From Gemmatimonadota bacterium (GTDB taxonomy: Bacteria > Gemmatimonadota > Gemmatimonadetes > Gemmatimonadales > GWC2-71-9), in the NCBI GenBank assembly GCA_016794805.1, contig JAEUJI010000033.1, forward strand, positions 4,769 to 68,768: 64,000 nucleotides of DNA, read 5' to 3'. The translations under genes were made by a program, and so were the position numbers. Positions 43,464 to 52,350 of the stretch are shown here, in pieces; positions within the stretch are counted from its first letter, which is position 1; each line of letters opens with the position of its first letter. Under the pieces are notes generated by a model. It saw only the letters and a list, made by a program, of their open reading frames with translations. It ran no database searches and was not told where the DNA came from.

Positions 43464-44851
43464 CCAATCGCCCGACCCCTCCTCCCGGCGAGTTCCTCTA
43501 TCTCCTCGCGGGTGACGCCGATGAGTTCGTCGCCACCTGCGCCGACCTGCTCCCGGCGGACATCGCCGAATCGCTGAACGACCTCCCCCCGGATGGCGCG
43601 GCGCGGGTGCTCACCGCGCTCCCGTTCCACCTCGCCGTCCAGGTGCTCGACGAGTCCATGCTCGAACGGCGGGATGAGGTGATCGAGCGGCTCCCCGACG
43701 CGGTCGCCGCCCCCCTGGTGCAGGCGCTCTCCGCCGACCAGCAGGTGCGGCTCTTCCGGCTCATCAAGGAAGGGGACCGCGCCCGGCTGCTGCACGTGCT
43801 CGACGCGGGCACCCGGGAGCAGCTGGCCCGGCTGCTGAGCTACCCGCCGCAGAGTGCCGGCGGGCTGATGACGACCGAATACCTGGGCATCCCGTCGAGC
43901 TGGACCGCCCTCGACGTCCGGCAGCACATCGCGCGCGTGGGCCGGGCCAAGGAGACGGTGTATGCGGTGTACATCATCGACGAGGCCACCCAGCGGCTGG
44001 CCCGGGTCACCTCGCTGCGCGAGGTGATCATCGCCGACTCGGGCACGCCGGTCATGGAGATCGGCGAGGGCCGGAAGCCGGTCTCCGTCCGTCCCCTGAC
44101 CGACCGGGAGGAGGTGGCCCGGTTGATCGCCCGCTACAACCTGCTCGCCATCCCCGTGCTGGACGATGACGGCCGGGTCCTCGGCATCGTGACGGTGGAC
44201 GACGTCATCGATGCCCTGATCAGCGAGCAGACGGAGGATGTCCAGAAGTTCGGCGGCATGGCCGCCGTGGAGGAGCCCTATCTCGACGCGGGCTTCTGGC
44301 AGCTGGTCTACAAGCGGGCGGGGTGGCTCTGCGTGCTCTTCCTCGGCGAGATGCTCACCGCCACCGCCATGGGCTACTTCGAGCACGAGATCAGCCGGGC
44401 GGTGGTGCTGGCGCTGTTCATTCCCCTCATCATCAGCAGCGGCGGCAACTCCGGCAGCCAGGCCACCAGCCTCGTCATCCGGGCGATGGCCGTGCGCGAG
44501 GTCTCCCTCGCCGACTGGTGGCGGGTCGCGGTCCGGGAGATTCCGACGGGCCTGACCCTGGGGCTCATCCTCGGCGTGATCGGCCTGGCCCGCGTCGAGC
44601 TCTGGCAGGCACTCGGCTGGTACAACTACGGCCCGCACCACCTGCTGGTGGGCATCACGGTCGCGGCATCGCTCGTCGGGGTGGTGCTCTTCGGTTCGTT
44701 TGCGGGCTCAATGCTTCCCTTCCTGCTCCGGCGGATCGGATTCGACCCGGCCAGCGCCTCGGCGCCGTTCGTCGCCACCCTGGTGGACGTGACCGGACTC
44801 ATCATCTACTTCACGGTGGCCTACCTGGTGCTCCGCGGCACCCTGCTCTAG
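43460..44851 (+). CDS. mgtE: magnesium transporter MgtE
   Basis: ATGA overlap with cutA. MgtE_N domain, two CBS domains, and a TM domain with SSGGNSGSQ. The track ORF from 43106 is an artefactual extension. Confidence 0.92.
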   Translation: MTNRPTPPPGEFLYLLAGDADEFVATCADLLPADIAESLNDLPPDGAARVLTALPFHLAVQVLDESMLERRDEVIERLPDAVAAPLVQALSADQQVRLFRLIKEGDRARLLHVLDAGTREQLARLLSYPPQSAGGLMTTEYLGIPSSWTALDVRQHIARVGRAKETVYAVYIIDEATQRLARVTSLREVIIADSGTPVMEIGEGRKPVSVRPLTDREEVARLIARYNLLAIPVLDDDGRVLGIVTVDDVIDALISEQTEDVQKFGGMAAVEEPYLDAGFWQLVYKRAGWLCVLFLGEMLTATAMGYFEHEISRAVVLALFIPLIISSGGNSGSQATSLVIRAMAVREVSLADWWRVAVREIPTGLTLGLILGVIGLARVELWQALGWYNYGPHHLLVGITVAASLVGVVLFGSFAGSMLPFLLRRIGFDPASASAPFVATLVDVTGLIIYFTVAYLVLRGTLL

Positions 44852-44861
44852 GGGGCCCGAT

Positions 44862-44889
44862 TTGACAGCCCCGGTCGCCAACCTACGTT
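44862..44889 (+). promoter_or_regulatory. possible sigma-70-type promoter
   Basis: TTGACA-N16-TACGTT, 31 nt upstream of ATG 44920. Confidence 0.35.
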
Positions 44890-44919
44890 TCTCCAACTCC
44901 CTCACGTCGAGTCCCTCCC

Positions 44920-45639
44920 ATGAGTGCTGACGCCGCGACGAGCACCAATCCGTCCGTCCTCGAGGATTTTGTCGACCTCCTGTATCAGCCCGCGGCAGTC
45001 TTCGAGCGCCGGCGGGAGACCGTGGCCTTTGGCCTCGCGATCGTGCTCCTGACGGTGCTGAGCGCGGTGGTGTTCTTCGCGACCAAGTCGGGATTCGACC
45101 CGGTGCTGGACGTGATGGTGAAACAACAGACCGCCGAAATCCTGCGAGCCAATCCGACGCTCACGCCGGAACAACTGGCCGCCAGCTCCGGCATGATGAA
45201 GGGCGGCATCATCGGAACAATGCTGGCGTACCCGCTGATCATCCCATTCCTGGCCGGACTGCTGATGTGGGTGGTGGGCAAGTTCTTCGACAGCCGGATG
45301 GCGATCGGCGCCGCCATCATGGTCGCCACCTACAGCTACGTGCCCCGGTTCATCGGGTTCATCGTGGCGAGCCTGATGGCGGTCCTGCTCCCCGAGGACC
45401 AGATCACCAGCTTCTTCAGCATCTCGCTCAGCCCCGCCCGGTTCCTGGACCCCGCCACCCATTCGATCGGGGTCATGTCGCTGCTGGCGCGGCTGGACCT
45501 CTTCCTCTTGTGGCAGACGTTTGTCGCGGGCGTCGGCGTGTCCGTCCTCGGCGGAGTCTCCCGCGGCCGGGGGATGACCGTTGCCCTCCTCGTCTGGCTG
45601 CTCGGCTTCCTCCCGCTGATCCCCGCCCTGCTCAGGTAG
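44920..45639 (+). CDS. Yip1-family integral membrane protein
   Basis: Five TM helices with a Yip1/DUF1282-like layout. Confidence 0.65.
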   Translation: MSADAATSTNPSVLEDFVDLLYQPAAVFERRRETVAFGLAIVLLTVLSAVVFFATKSGFDPVLDVMVKQQTAEILRANPTLTPEQLAASSGMMKGGIIGTMLAYPLIIPFLAGLLMWVVGKFFDSRMAIGAAIMVATYSYVPRFIGFIVASLMAVLLPEDQITSFFSISLSPARFLDPATHSIGVMSLLARLDLFLLWQTFVAGVGVSVLGGVSRGRGMTVALLVWLLGFLPLIPALLR

Positions 45640-45662
45640 GCTGGCAAGGACCAGTCGGCGCC

Positions 45663-45688
45663 GGGGCGGCCCCACCCGGGGCCGCCCC
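45663..45688 (+). terminator. GC hairpin terminator
   Basis: GGGGCGGCCCC-ACCC-GGGGCCGCCCC followed by TTGCCGTT. Confidence 0.5.
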
Positions 45689-45796
45689 TTGCCGTTACCG
45701 GGCTAACTCGCTCCTTGCCGGCTGACGAACCGGCCGGTACGTTGAACGCCCCCGCCCCACTGCCGGCGTCCGGCCACCGGGGCGGCCAGCGCCCAC

Positions 45797-48700
45797 ATGC
45801 CACCATCCCGCTCCCCCGAAGCCGCCGAGCCTGGCGGTTCCCAGCCCGCGTTGCTGCGCACCCTGGGCGAGGCCCGCGTGCTCAGCCCCGACGGACTGCG
45901 CGAGCTGCTCGGTCCGGGCAAGCCGTTGGCGCTGCTCGCGTACCTGGCCTGTTCCCCACGGCAGAGCGCCACCCGCGAGCACCTGGTGGACCTGCTCTGG
46001 TCCGACCTCGAGCCCGACCGCGGGCGTCACGCCCTGCGCCAGACCGTCTGGTACCTGCGGCAGCTGTTCGGCACCGATGCCCTGACCGGCCGGGGAGGCG
46101 AACTCACGCTGCTCGCGCCCATTGCGGTGGATCGGGTCGAATTCCTGGCGGCGGTTGAACGGGGGGACCTGCTGCGGGCCGCCGAGCTCTACCAGGGGGA
46201 TTTCCTGGGGGGCTTCGCGGCCCCGGGTAGCATCGAGTTCGAGCACTGGGCGGATGTCGAGCGGCAGCGGTTGCGGTCCGTCTTCCTGCGCACCGCCGAG
46301 ACCGTTGCGCGGCAGTGGCTGAATGCGGGGCGGGTGCGGGAAGCCCAGCAGTTGGCCCGCCGCGCCCGCGATGCCGACCCGGCAAGCGAGAGCGCCTGGC
46401 GCCTGCTGTTCGAGGCCATCCAGCAGGGCGAGGACCGCCTGGCGCTCACCATCGAAGCCGATCAGTTCGCGGAACGGATGACGTCCCTGGGCCGGACGCC
46501 GGAGCCCGCGACCCGGATCCTCCTGGCCCGCGAGCGGCGTACCGATCAGGGCGAGCCTCCTGCGCAGGATGCGCCGGGTCTGGTCGCCGAGCTGATCGGG
46601 CGGGAGCGGGAGTTCGCCGCCATCGTGAGCGGGTGGCAGGGCGCGCGCGCCAGTACCCGGCACCTGCACATCTCCGCCCCCGCAGGATTGGGGAAGTCCC
46701 GGCTGCTGAACGACGTGGCGGCCCGGCTCGCCACCCTCGGCGCCCGAGTGGTGCTGCTCCGGGCCAACCCCGGACAGCGGGAGATCCCGTTCAGCTTCCT
46801 GGCCGAGCTGGCGGGTCGCCTTGCGGAATTGCCGGGCGGCGCGGGCATCTCCCCCGCGACCGCCGGCGCCCTGGTGGCGCTCAACCCGACGCTGTCCGCG
46901 CGCTACGTCCAGCCCGCCGATCCCGCCACCGGCGCCGAGGCCCTGCGCCGCCGCTGCTCCGCCATCACGGAGCTGCTGGAGGTCGTGGCGGAGGAGCAGC
47001 GCCTCTCTCTGCTGCTCGACGACCTGCACTGGCTCGACCCGGCGTCCCGGCAGGCGCTGAGCGGGGTGCTCCCGACGCTGCGCGCGCCCGGCGCCCTCCT
47101 GGTCACCGCCGCCCGGCCGGTGCCAGGCGCCGAACTGGGGGGCGAGGGCACCGAGCGGCTCTCCCTGGCCCCCCTCACGCCCGAACAGGTCCGGGCGCTC
47201 GTCACCAGCCTGGCGGCGCTGCCGCCGGCGCCCTGGGCCCAGAACCTCCCGGCGGCACTGGCCCGGAGCACCGGTGGCTCACCGCTGCTGGTGCTGGAGA
47301 CCCTGCAACTGGTGATGGACCGTGGGTGGCTCGGCGTCACGGCCGGGGCATGGCACTGCGAAGCCCCGGCGGAGCTGGCGCGGGTGCTCGAGGAAGGCAG
47401 CGCCCTCCGTCACCGGCTGGAGGAACTCGATGCCAACGACCGATGGGTGCTTGCCCTGCTGGCGCACGCGGGCATTCCGCTGGACGGGGACACGATTGTC
47501 AGGACATCCGGCCGGCCCCCGCACGCGGTGCTGGAGGTGCTGGGCCGGATGGAGCAGCGCGGCTTCGTGCATCGGGTCGGGGATCGCTGGCAACCGGCGC
47601 ACGACGAGATCGCCGCCGATGCGCTGGCCCTGACCGACCCGGCGACCAGCCGCGCCGCACACCTTGGCCTGGGCCGCGCACTGGTGGATGGCGCCATGGT
47701 CGGTCGTGAGCGGTTGCTGCGAGCCGGCCGGCATCTCGAGGCGGCGGGGGCGCAGGCGGAGCTCTCGGGGCTGTTTGCCCGGTACCTCCGGCTGGTGCGG
47801 GGCCAGGGCGACGGGCGACGGGTGGGAGAGGTGGCGCACGAGTTCCTGGGCGATGCCGCGCCGCCCGCCGCGGTCACGGCGCTGGTCCGCGGCATCCCGC
47901 TCTGGAGCCGGGTGCGCTACAGCAGCGGGTGGGTGGCCGCGGCGGCGCTGTTGGCGATCGGGGTCGCGCTGAGCGGGTTTCTCCTGTTCCGGCCGGCGCC
48001 TGGCCCGGACATGGTGCTGCTCTTCACGGCGGAGATGCGCCTGCCGCGCGGGCGTGCGCTGCGCGTGGATCTCCGGGAGGATGGGTGGCGGGCCGGCGCC
48101 CCGATCGATCTCCGGAGTGCGAAACCGGTGTCGCTACCTGGCTCCAGGCCGGGGGTCGTGGAGATGGCCGCATCTCCCGACGGGCGCGAGTGGATCTTCA
48201 ATCGGGCTGACACCGGGGCAACGACGTTTGATCTCTACCTCCGCACCGCCGCGGGCGCCGAGCGACGGCTTACCCACTTCCGCGGCGACGATGGCGGCGC
48301 GGCATGGGCGCCGGACGGCAAGAGCATTGTGTTCTATTCATCGCAATGGAGTCCGCCGGAGGCGGACAACTACGATCTGGCCCTCATGGACCTCGCGACC
48401 GGGGCGGTCACCCACCTCACGATCGGTCGGTCGGCGGACCGGCACGCCCGGTTCTCGCCCGACGGCACCCTGGTCGGATTCCACCGGACCTACGACGATG
48501 AGGAGCCGGCCTTCTGTACCGTCTCCCGCATCGGCGGCCGCCAGCCGACCTGCTACCGGCCAGCGGGGTACACGGCCACCGGATTCATCGGGTGGCTGGA
48601 CAGCCGCTACGTCCTGCTCGCCGCCGACGCGCAGGGGGAGTACGTCCTGCTGCGCTATGACATCGCCACTGGGGCGACGCTGCTCCTGGAACAGCAGGTT

Positions 48701-49843
48701 CAACAAGTAGACCTCAGCCCCGATGGTCACTGGCTCGCCTGGCTGTTGGAGGACCCCGAGAGCGGAGATGCCTCCTGGTTCGTCTCCCCAGTGGAGGACC
48801 TCTCCCGACGCCGGCAGGTCTTCCTGCCCGGCTCGCAGAGCACCTACTTTCGGGTCTGGATCAACCCGCCGCAGGCGGCCAGGCGTGAGGCGGCACCTCC
48901 CATCCTCAGGAGCATCCGGATCAGGGCCCCCGATACCCTCCGGACGGGCGCATCGTACCTGTTGCGCGTCCTCGGGTCGGATCAGCGCGGCCGGCCGACA
49001 CCGGTCCCCGCGATCCGGGGCTGGACCAGTTCGGACCCCCGGGTGGTCTCGGTGGATACCGCCGGGGTGGCGCTGGCGCGGGATAGCGGCGGCGCCTGGG
49101 TCGGGGTGGATGTGGCAGGCCTGTTGCGCGACTCGGTCCGGCTCCGGGTGCGGCCCCACCGCGACTCGATCCTCTTCCAGGAAGACTGGTCGGCCGGCAT
49201 CAGCCGCCAGTGGATCGCGTTCGGCAACCCGTGGCCGAGCCTCGCCCGTGGACCCGGGGACACGGCCGCGTTCCACAACCGTGGGGATGGGAAGTTCCCC
49301 AGCGGCGCCTTTACCCGGGCGCATTGGACCGCGGAAGGAGGACTGGGCATGGAGGTGATGGTCTCCTGGCGCATCACCCGCGGACAGTGGCAGATCGGCG
49401 ACGTGAGCCTGGTCGGCGGCCTGGACTCGGCCCTGGCGGGCGACTGGGATTTCGTGACCAACGCCATGCCCATCAGCGATGACATTCAGTTGCGATCCTG
49501 TGGCTTTGCCTACCCCGATGGCGAGGGGCCCCTGGGGCGCCGCCGGGTCTGGGTGGGCGCCGGGTCGAGAGGACGGCACGTGCCGGTGGACTCCACGCTG
49601 GGTGACGGGGCATGGCGCCAGGTGAGAATCCAGATCTTCGAGGACGGCCGGTGCGGCTTCGCCATCAATGGCCGGCCGGTGTGGCTCTCCCGCCAGCCGG
49701 TGCCGGTCGCCCTGCCGTTTGCCATCCGCCTGGGACAGTCCTCCGCCGGCACCGAGATCCTCCATGGCCCGATCGTAGCGTGGCGGGGCGTGCGCGACGA
49801 CGTGCAATGGGACCTGCTCCAGGATTCGGCCGGGACCCGGTGA
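45797..49843 (+). CDS. membrane-spanning SARP-family regulator: wHTH+BTAD, AAA/STAND ATPase, TM helix, PD40 (TolB-like) repeats, Big_2, jelly-roll C-terminus
   Basis: LALLAYLA...REHLVDLLW (OmpR-type wHTH) and BTAD (LYQGDFL...ESAWRLL). Walker A SAPAGLGKS and Walker B LLLDDLHWLD. TM helix WVAAAALLAIGVALSGFLLF (about 47930-47990). Four xSPDG repeats. Big_2-like IRAPDTLRTGASYLLRVLGSD...SSDPRVVSVD. Confidence 0.85.
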   Translation: MPPSRSPEAAEPGGSQPALLRTLGEARVLSPDGLRELLGPGKPLALLAYLACSPRQSATREHLVDLLWSDLEPDRGRHALRQTVWYLRQLFGTDALTGRGGELTLLAPIAVDRVEFLAAVERGDLLRAAELYQGDFLGGFAAPGSIEFEHWADVERQRLRSVFLRTAETVARQWLNAGRVREAQQLARRARDADPASESAWRLLFEAIQQGEDRLALTIEADQFAERMTSLGRTPEPATRILLARERRTDQGEPPAQDAPGLVAELIGREREFAAIVSGWQGARASTRHLHISAPAGLGKSRLLNDVAARLATLGARVVLLRANPGQREIPFSFLAELAGRLAELPGGAGISPATAGALVALNPTLSARYVQPADPATGAEALRRRCSAITELLEVVAEEQRLSLLLDDLHWLDPASRQALSGVLPTLRAPGALLVTAARPVPGAELGGEGTERLSLAPLTPEQVRALVTSLAALPPAPWAQNLPAALARSTGGSPLLVLETLQLVMDRGWLGVTAGAWHCEAPAELARVLEEGSALRHRLEELDANDRWVLALLAHAGIPLDGDTIVRTSGRPPHAVLEVLGRMEQRGFVHRVGDRWQPAHDEIAADALALTDPATSRAAHLGLGRALVDGAMVGRERLLRAGRHLEAAGAQAELSGLFARYLRLVRGQGDGRRVGEVAHEFLGDAAPPAAVTALVRGIPLWSRVRYSSGWVAAAALLAIGVALSGFLLFRPAPGPDMVLLFTAEMRLPRGRALRVDLREDGWRAGAPIDLRSAKPVSLPGSRPGVVEMAASPDGREWIFNRADTGATTFDLYLRTAAGAERRLTHFRGDDGGAAWAPDGKSIVFYSSQWSPPEADNYDLALMDLATGAVTHLTIGRSADRHARFSPDGTLVGFHRTYDDEEPAFCTVSRIGGRQPTCYRPAGYTATGFIGWLDSRYVLLAADAQGEYVLLRYDIATGATLLLEQQVQQVDLSPDGHWLAWLLEDPESGDASWFVSPVEDLSRRRQVFLPGSQSTYFRVWINPPQAARREAAPPILRSIRIRAPDTLRTGASYLLRVLGSDQRGRPTPVPAIRGWTSSDPRVVSVDTAGVALARDSGGAWVGVDVAGLLRDSVRLRVRPHRDSILFQEDWSAGISRQWIAFGNPWPSLARGPGDTAAFHNRGDGKFPSGAFTRAHWTAEGGLGMEVMVSWRITRGQWQIGDVSLVGGLDSALAGDWDFVTNAMPISDDIQLRSCGFAYPDGEGPLGRRRVWVGAGSRGRHVPVDSTLGDGAWRQVRIQIFEDGRCGFAINGRPVWLSRQPVPVALPFAIRLGQSSAGTEILHGPIVAWRGVRDDVQWDLLQDSAGTR

Positions 49844-49919
49844 CTCTGGCCCCGGACGGGGCTGGGCGCTAACCTCAAGGCGTCCCCACCGGGCCTGCAC
49901 CCCCCTCGCCAGGTTCACC

Positions 49920-50189
49920 ATGAAGCGCTCCACCATCATCACGATCCTGTTCGTGGTCGCCTTCGGCGCCCTGCTCCTGTTCAACACCCTCTCGGCGCAG
50001 AAGCACGAGTGCAGCGTCTGCGTCGAGTTCCACGGCCGCCGGAACTGCGCCACCGCCTCCAACGAGACGGAGGAAGCCGCGCTTCGGGCCGCCCAGACCA
50101 CGGCCTGCGGCACGATCGCGAGCGGCATGGACCAGTCCATCGCCTGCGACCGCACCCCGCCGATCTCCAAGCAGTGCAAGACCCGGTGA
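49920..50189 (+). CDS. small exported Cys-rich protein (89 aa)
   Basis: N-terminal TM/signal ITILFVVAFGALLLF and 6 Cys in the mature part (CSVC...C...C...C...C). Confidence 0.5.
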   Translation: MKRSTIITILFVVAFGALLLFNTLSAQKHECSVCVEFHGRRNCATASNETEEAALRAAQTTACGTIASGMDQSIACDRTPPISKQCKTR

Positions 50190-50241
50190 GCCGCTGAGGA
50201 CGGGGGCTGCCCCCGCCCGCGGCGCGCCCGGGTCCCGATCC

Positions 50242-51597
50242 ATGCGCTTCCCCCACCCGCTGGTCCTCCTGCTCGGCTGTCTCGGCCTGGCCGCGGCCGC
50301 GAGCCACCTGCTCCCGGCGGGGCAGTATGAACGCCGCGAGGATCCCGTCACCGGTCGCAGCGTGGTGGTGGCCGGCACCTACCATCGCGTGGAGCCGGCG
50401 CCGGTCGGGGCCTTCCGCGCCCTGGTGGCGATCCCCCGGGGCATGGCCGACGCGGCCAGCGTCATCTTCTACGTCTTCCTGGTGGGCGGGGCCTTCGCGG
50501 TCGTGGAGCGCACCGGCGCCTCCACCCGGCTGGTGCAGCGGCTGGTGGCCGGGCTGGGGGAGGCCGGCGCCATGGTCATTCCCCTCGCCTGCCTCGCGTT
50601 CGGGCTGGGCGGCGTGCTCATCCAGATGCAGGAAGAGCTGATCGCCTTCGTCCCGGTGCTGCTGCTGCTCACCGCCCGCCTCGGGTACTCCCCGCTCATC
50701 GCCTGCGCCATGAGCATCGGGGCGGCCGCCGTCGGCGCCGCGTTCAGCCCGGTCAATCCCTTCCAGGTCGTGATCGCGCAGAAGGTGGCGGACCTGCCGC
50801 CCCAATCGGGACTCGGTTTCCGGCTGGTCTTCCTGGCCCTCGCCATGGGATTGTGGACCATCGGCACGATGCGCCATGCCGCGCGGACCCGCGTCCCCGC
50901 CTCCGACCGTCCCGCCACGGCCGATCCGGCGGACACCGAACGGGCGGGGACAAGGCCCGCCCTTACAGACTGGATCATCCTCGCCCTCGTGGCGGCCACC
51001 TTTGTGCTGTTCATCGTGGGCGCGCGGCGGTGGGGCTGGGACTTTCCCGACTTCAGCGCCCTCTTCTTCCTGATGGGCGCCGCGGTGGGGATGATCGGCC
51101 GGCTCGGCGTCTCCGGCACCGCGGAGGCCTTTGTCGAAGGATTTCGCAGCCTCGCCTTCGCCGCGCTGCTGATCGGCTTCGCCCGGGCGATCTACGTCGT
51201 GCTCAATGACGGGATGATCATCGACACGATTGTCCAGGGTCTTTTTGCCCCGATCGCCGGGCTGCCGGTGGCGCTCTCCGCCGTCGGCATGATGGCGCTC
51301 CAGGCGGTGCTCCACATCCCGGTCCCCAGCACCAGCGGCCAGGCGGTGCTCACCATGCCCGTGCTGGTGCCGCTCTCCGACCTGCTGGGGCTGTCGCGCC
51401 AGGTCACGGTTCTCGCCTACCAGTACGGCGCCGGACTCTGCGAACTCCTTACCCCGACCAACGGCGCCCTCATGGCCATGCTGGCCGCCACCGGGGTCCG
51501 CTACGAGGAATGGTTCCGTTTCCTCCGGGGCCTCCTCGCGCTGCTGTTCGGGCTTGGCGGCCTGGCTCTCCTCGCGGGCATCGCCCTCAGGCTGTAG
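50242..51597 (+). CDS. yfcC: YfcC-family (DcuC-like) membrane transporter
   Basis: LPAGQYERREDPVTGRSVVVAGTYHRV...IFYVFLVGGAF is a YfcC-type N-terminus. Multi-TM. Confidence 0.78.
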   Translation: MRFPHPLVLLLGCLGLAAAASHLLPAGQYERREDPVTGRSVVVAGTYHRVEPAPVGAFRALVAIPRGMADAASVIFYVFLVGGAFAVVERTGASTRLVQRLVAGLGEAGAMVIPLACLAFGLGGVLIQMQEELIAFVPVLLLLTARLGYSPLIACAMSIGAAAVGAAFSPVNPFQVVIAQKVADLPPQSGLGFRLVFLALAMGLWTIGTMRHAARTRVPASDRPATADPADTERAGTRPALTDWIILALVAATFVLFIVGARRWGWDFPDFSALFFLMGAAVGMIGRLGVSGTAEAFVEGFRSLAFAALLIGFARAIYVVLNDGMIIDTIVQGLFAPIAGLPVALSAVGMMALQAVLHIPVPSTSGQAVLTMPVLVPLSDLLGLSRQVTVLAYQYGAGLCELLTPTNGALMAMLAATGVRYEEWFRFLRGLLALLFGLGGLALLAGIALRL

Positions 51598-51699
51598 CCC
51601 GCCGAAACGCCCCGAAACGCGCCGGGGCGGCATCCCGGCCGCCAAAAGGTGACACCGAGGCGGCGGCGCGTTCCCGGCCAAATTTCCAACTTCAATTCC

Positions 51700-51711
51700 A
51701 TCAACAGGTTA
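51700..51711 (+). promoter_or_regulatory. IHF-core-like site
   Basis: ATCAACAGGTTA matches ATCAA-N4-TTR. It sits in an AT-rich stretch 26 nt upstream of the -24 element. Confidence 0.3.
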
Positions 51712-51736
51712 CATTCCCGATGCCGGCACTCCCGGC

Positions 51737-51752
51737 TGGCACCAAGGTTGCT
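51737..51752 (+). promoter_or_regulatory. sigma-54 promoter (consensus-perfect core)
   Basis: TGGCAC-CAAGG-TTGCT, 59 nt upstream of ATG 51811. Confidence 0.55.
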
Positions 51753-51810
51753 CCTTACCCGAAACGGTGGCTGGAACCTTTCGGCTCAGCTTCCGATAAG
51801 AGAGGGTAGA

Positions 51811-52242
51811 ATGAGCGAACTCATCATTCGGGAAATGGAAAACGGCGAGGAATTCGCGGACTGGTTTGCGGACCTCACCGAACGGGAAGAGGCCGCGTCC
51901 GGCGAGCCGATTCACCTCGACGAGCACTACCTGATCCTCAGCAACGCCATTGGCGACTGGATCGGGGGCCTTCGCTACAGCCTCCGCGGCGGCGTGGCGC
52001 ATCTCACCGAGATCGCGGTCCGGGCCGAGGAACGGCACCAGGGGCACGCCCATCGGCTGCTGGAGGCGTTCGAGCAGCATGCCTCGCAGCTCGGGGCGCA
52101 CCTCATCGAGTTCTGGACTGATGACGTGCACGGCGAACCGGAGTTCCTGGCGCATGGCTGGCACCGGGTACTGCGCCGGCCCGGGTATCAGGGTGGCCGC
52201 ACCTGGTACCTGATGGAGAAGCGTCTGGCTCCACCGGTCTAG
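51811..52242 (+). CDS. GNAT-family N-acetyltransferase
   Basis: IAVRAEERHQGHAHRLLEAFE fits the R-x-x-G-x-A CoA-binding motif; 143 aa. GAGAGGG ribosome-binding site. Confidence 0.72.
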   Translation: MSELIIREMENGEEFADWFADLTEREEAASGEPIHLDEHYLILSNAIGDWIGGLRYSLRGGVAHLTEIAVRAEERHQGHAHRLLEAFEQHASQLGAHLIEFWTDDVHGEPEFLAHGWHRVLRRPGYQGGRTWYLMEKRLAPPV

Positions 52243-52350
52243 CGCCCCCTCCGCACGACGCCTATTCTTCCGCTCAGCCCAACGCTTTCCGCTGGCGGCG
52301 CGCGCAACCCGCTCGCCGCCTTCTTCCTTCAGCAAGGGTGGTCCGCGCCG

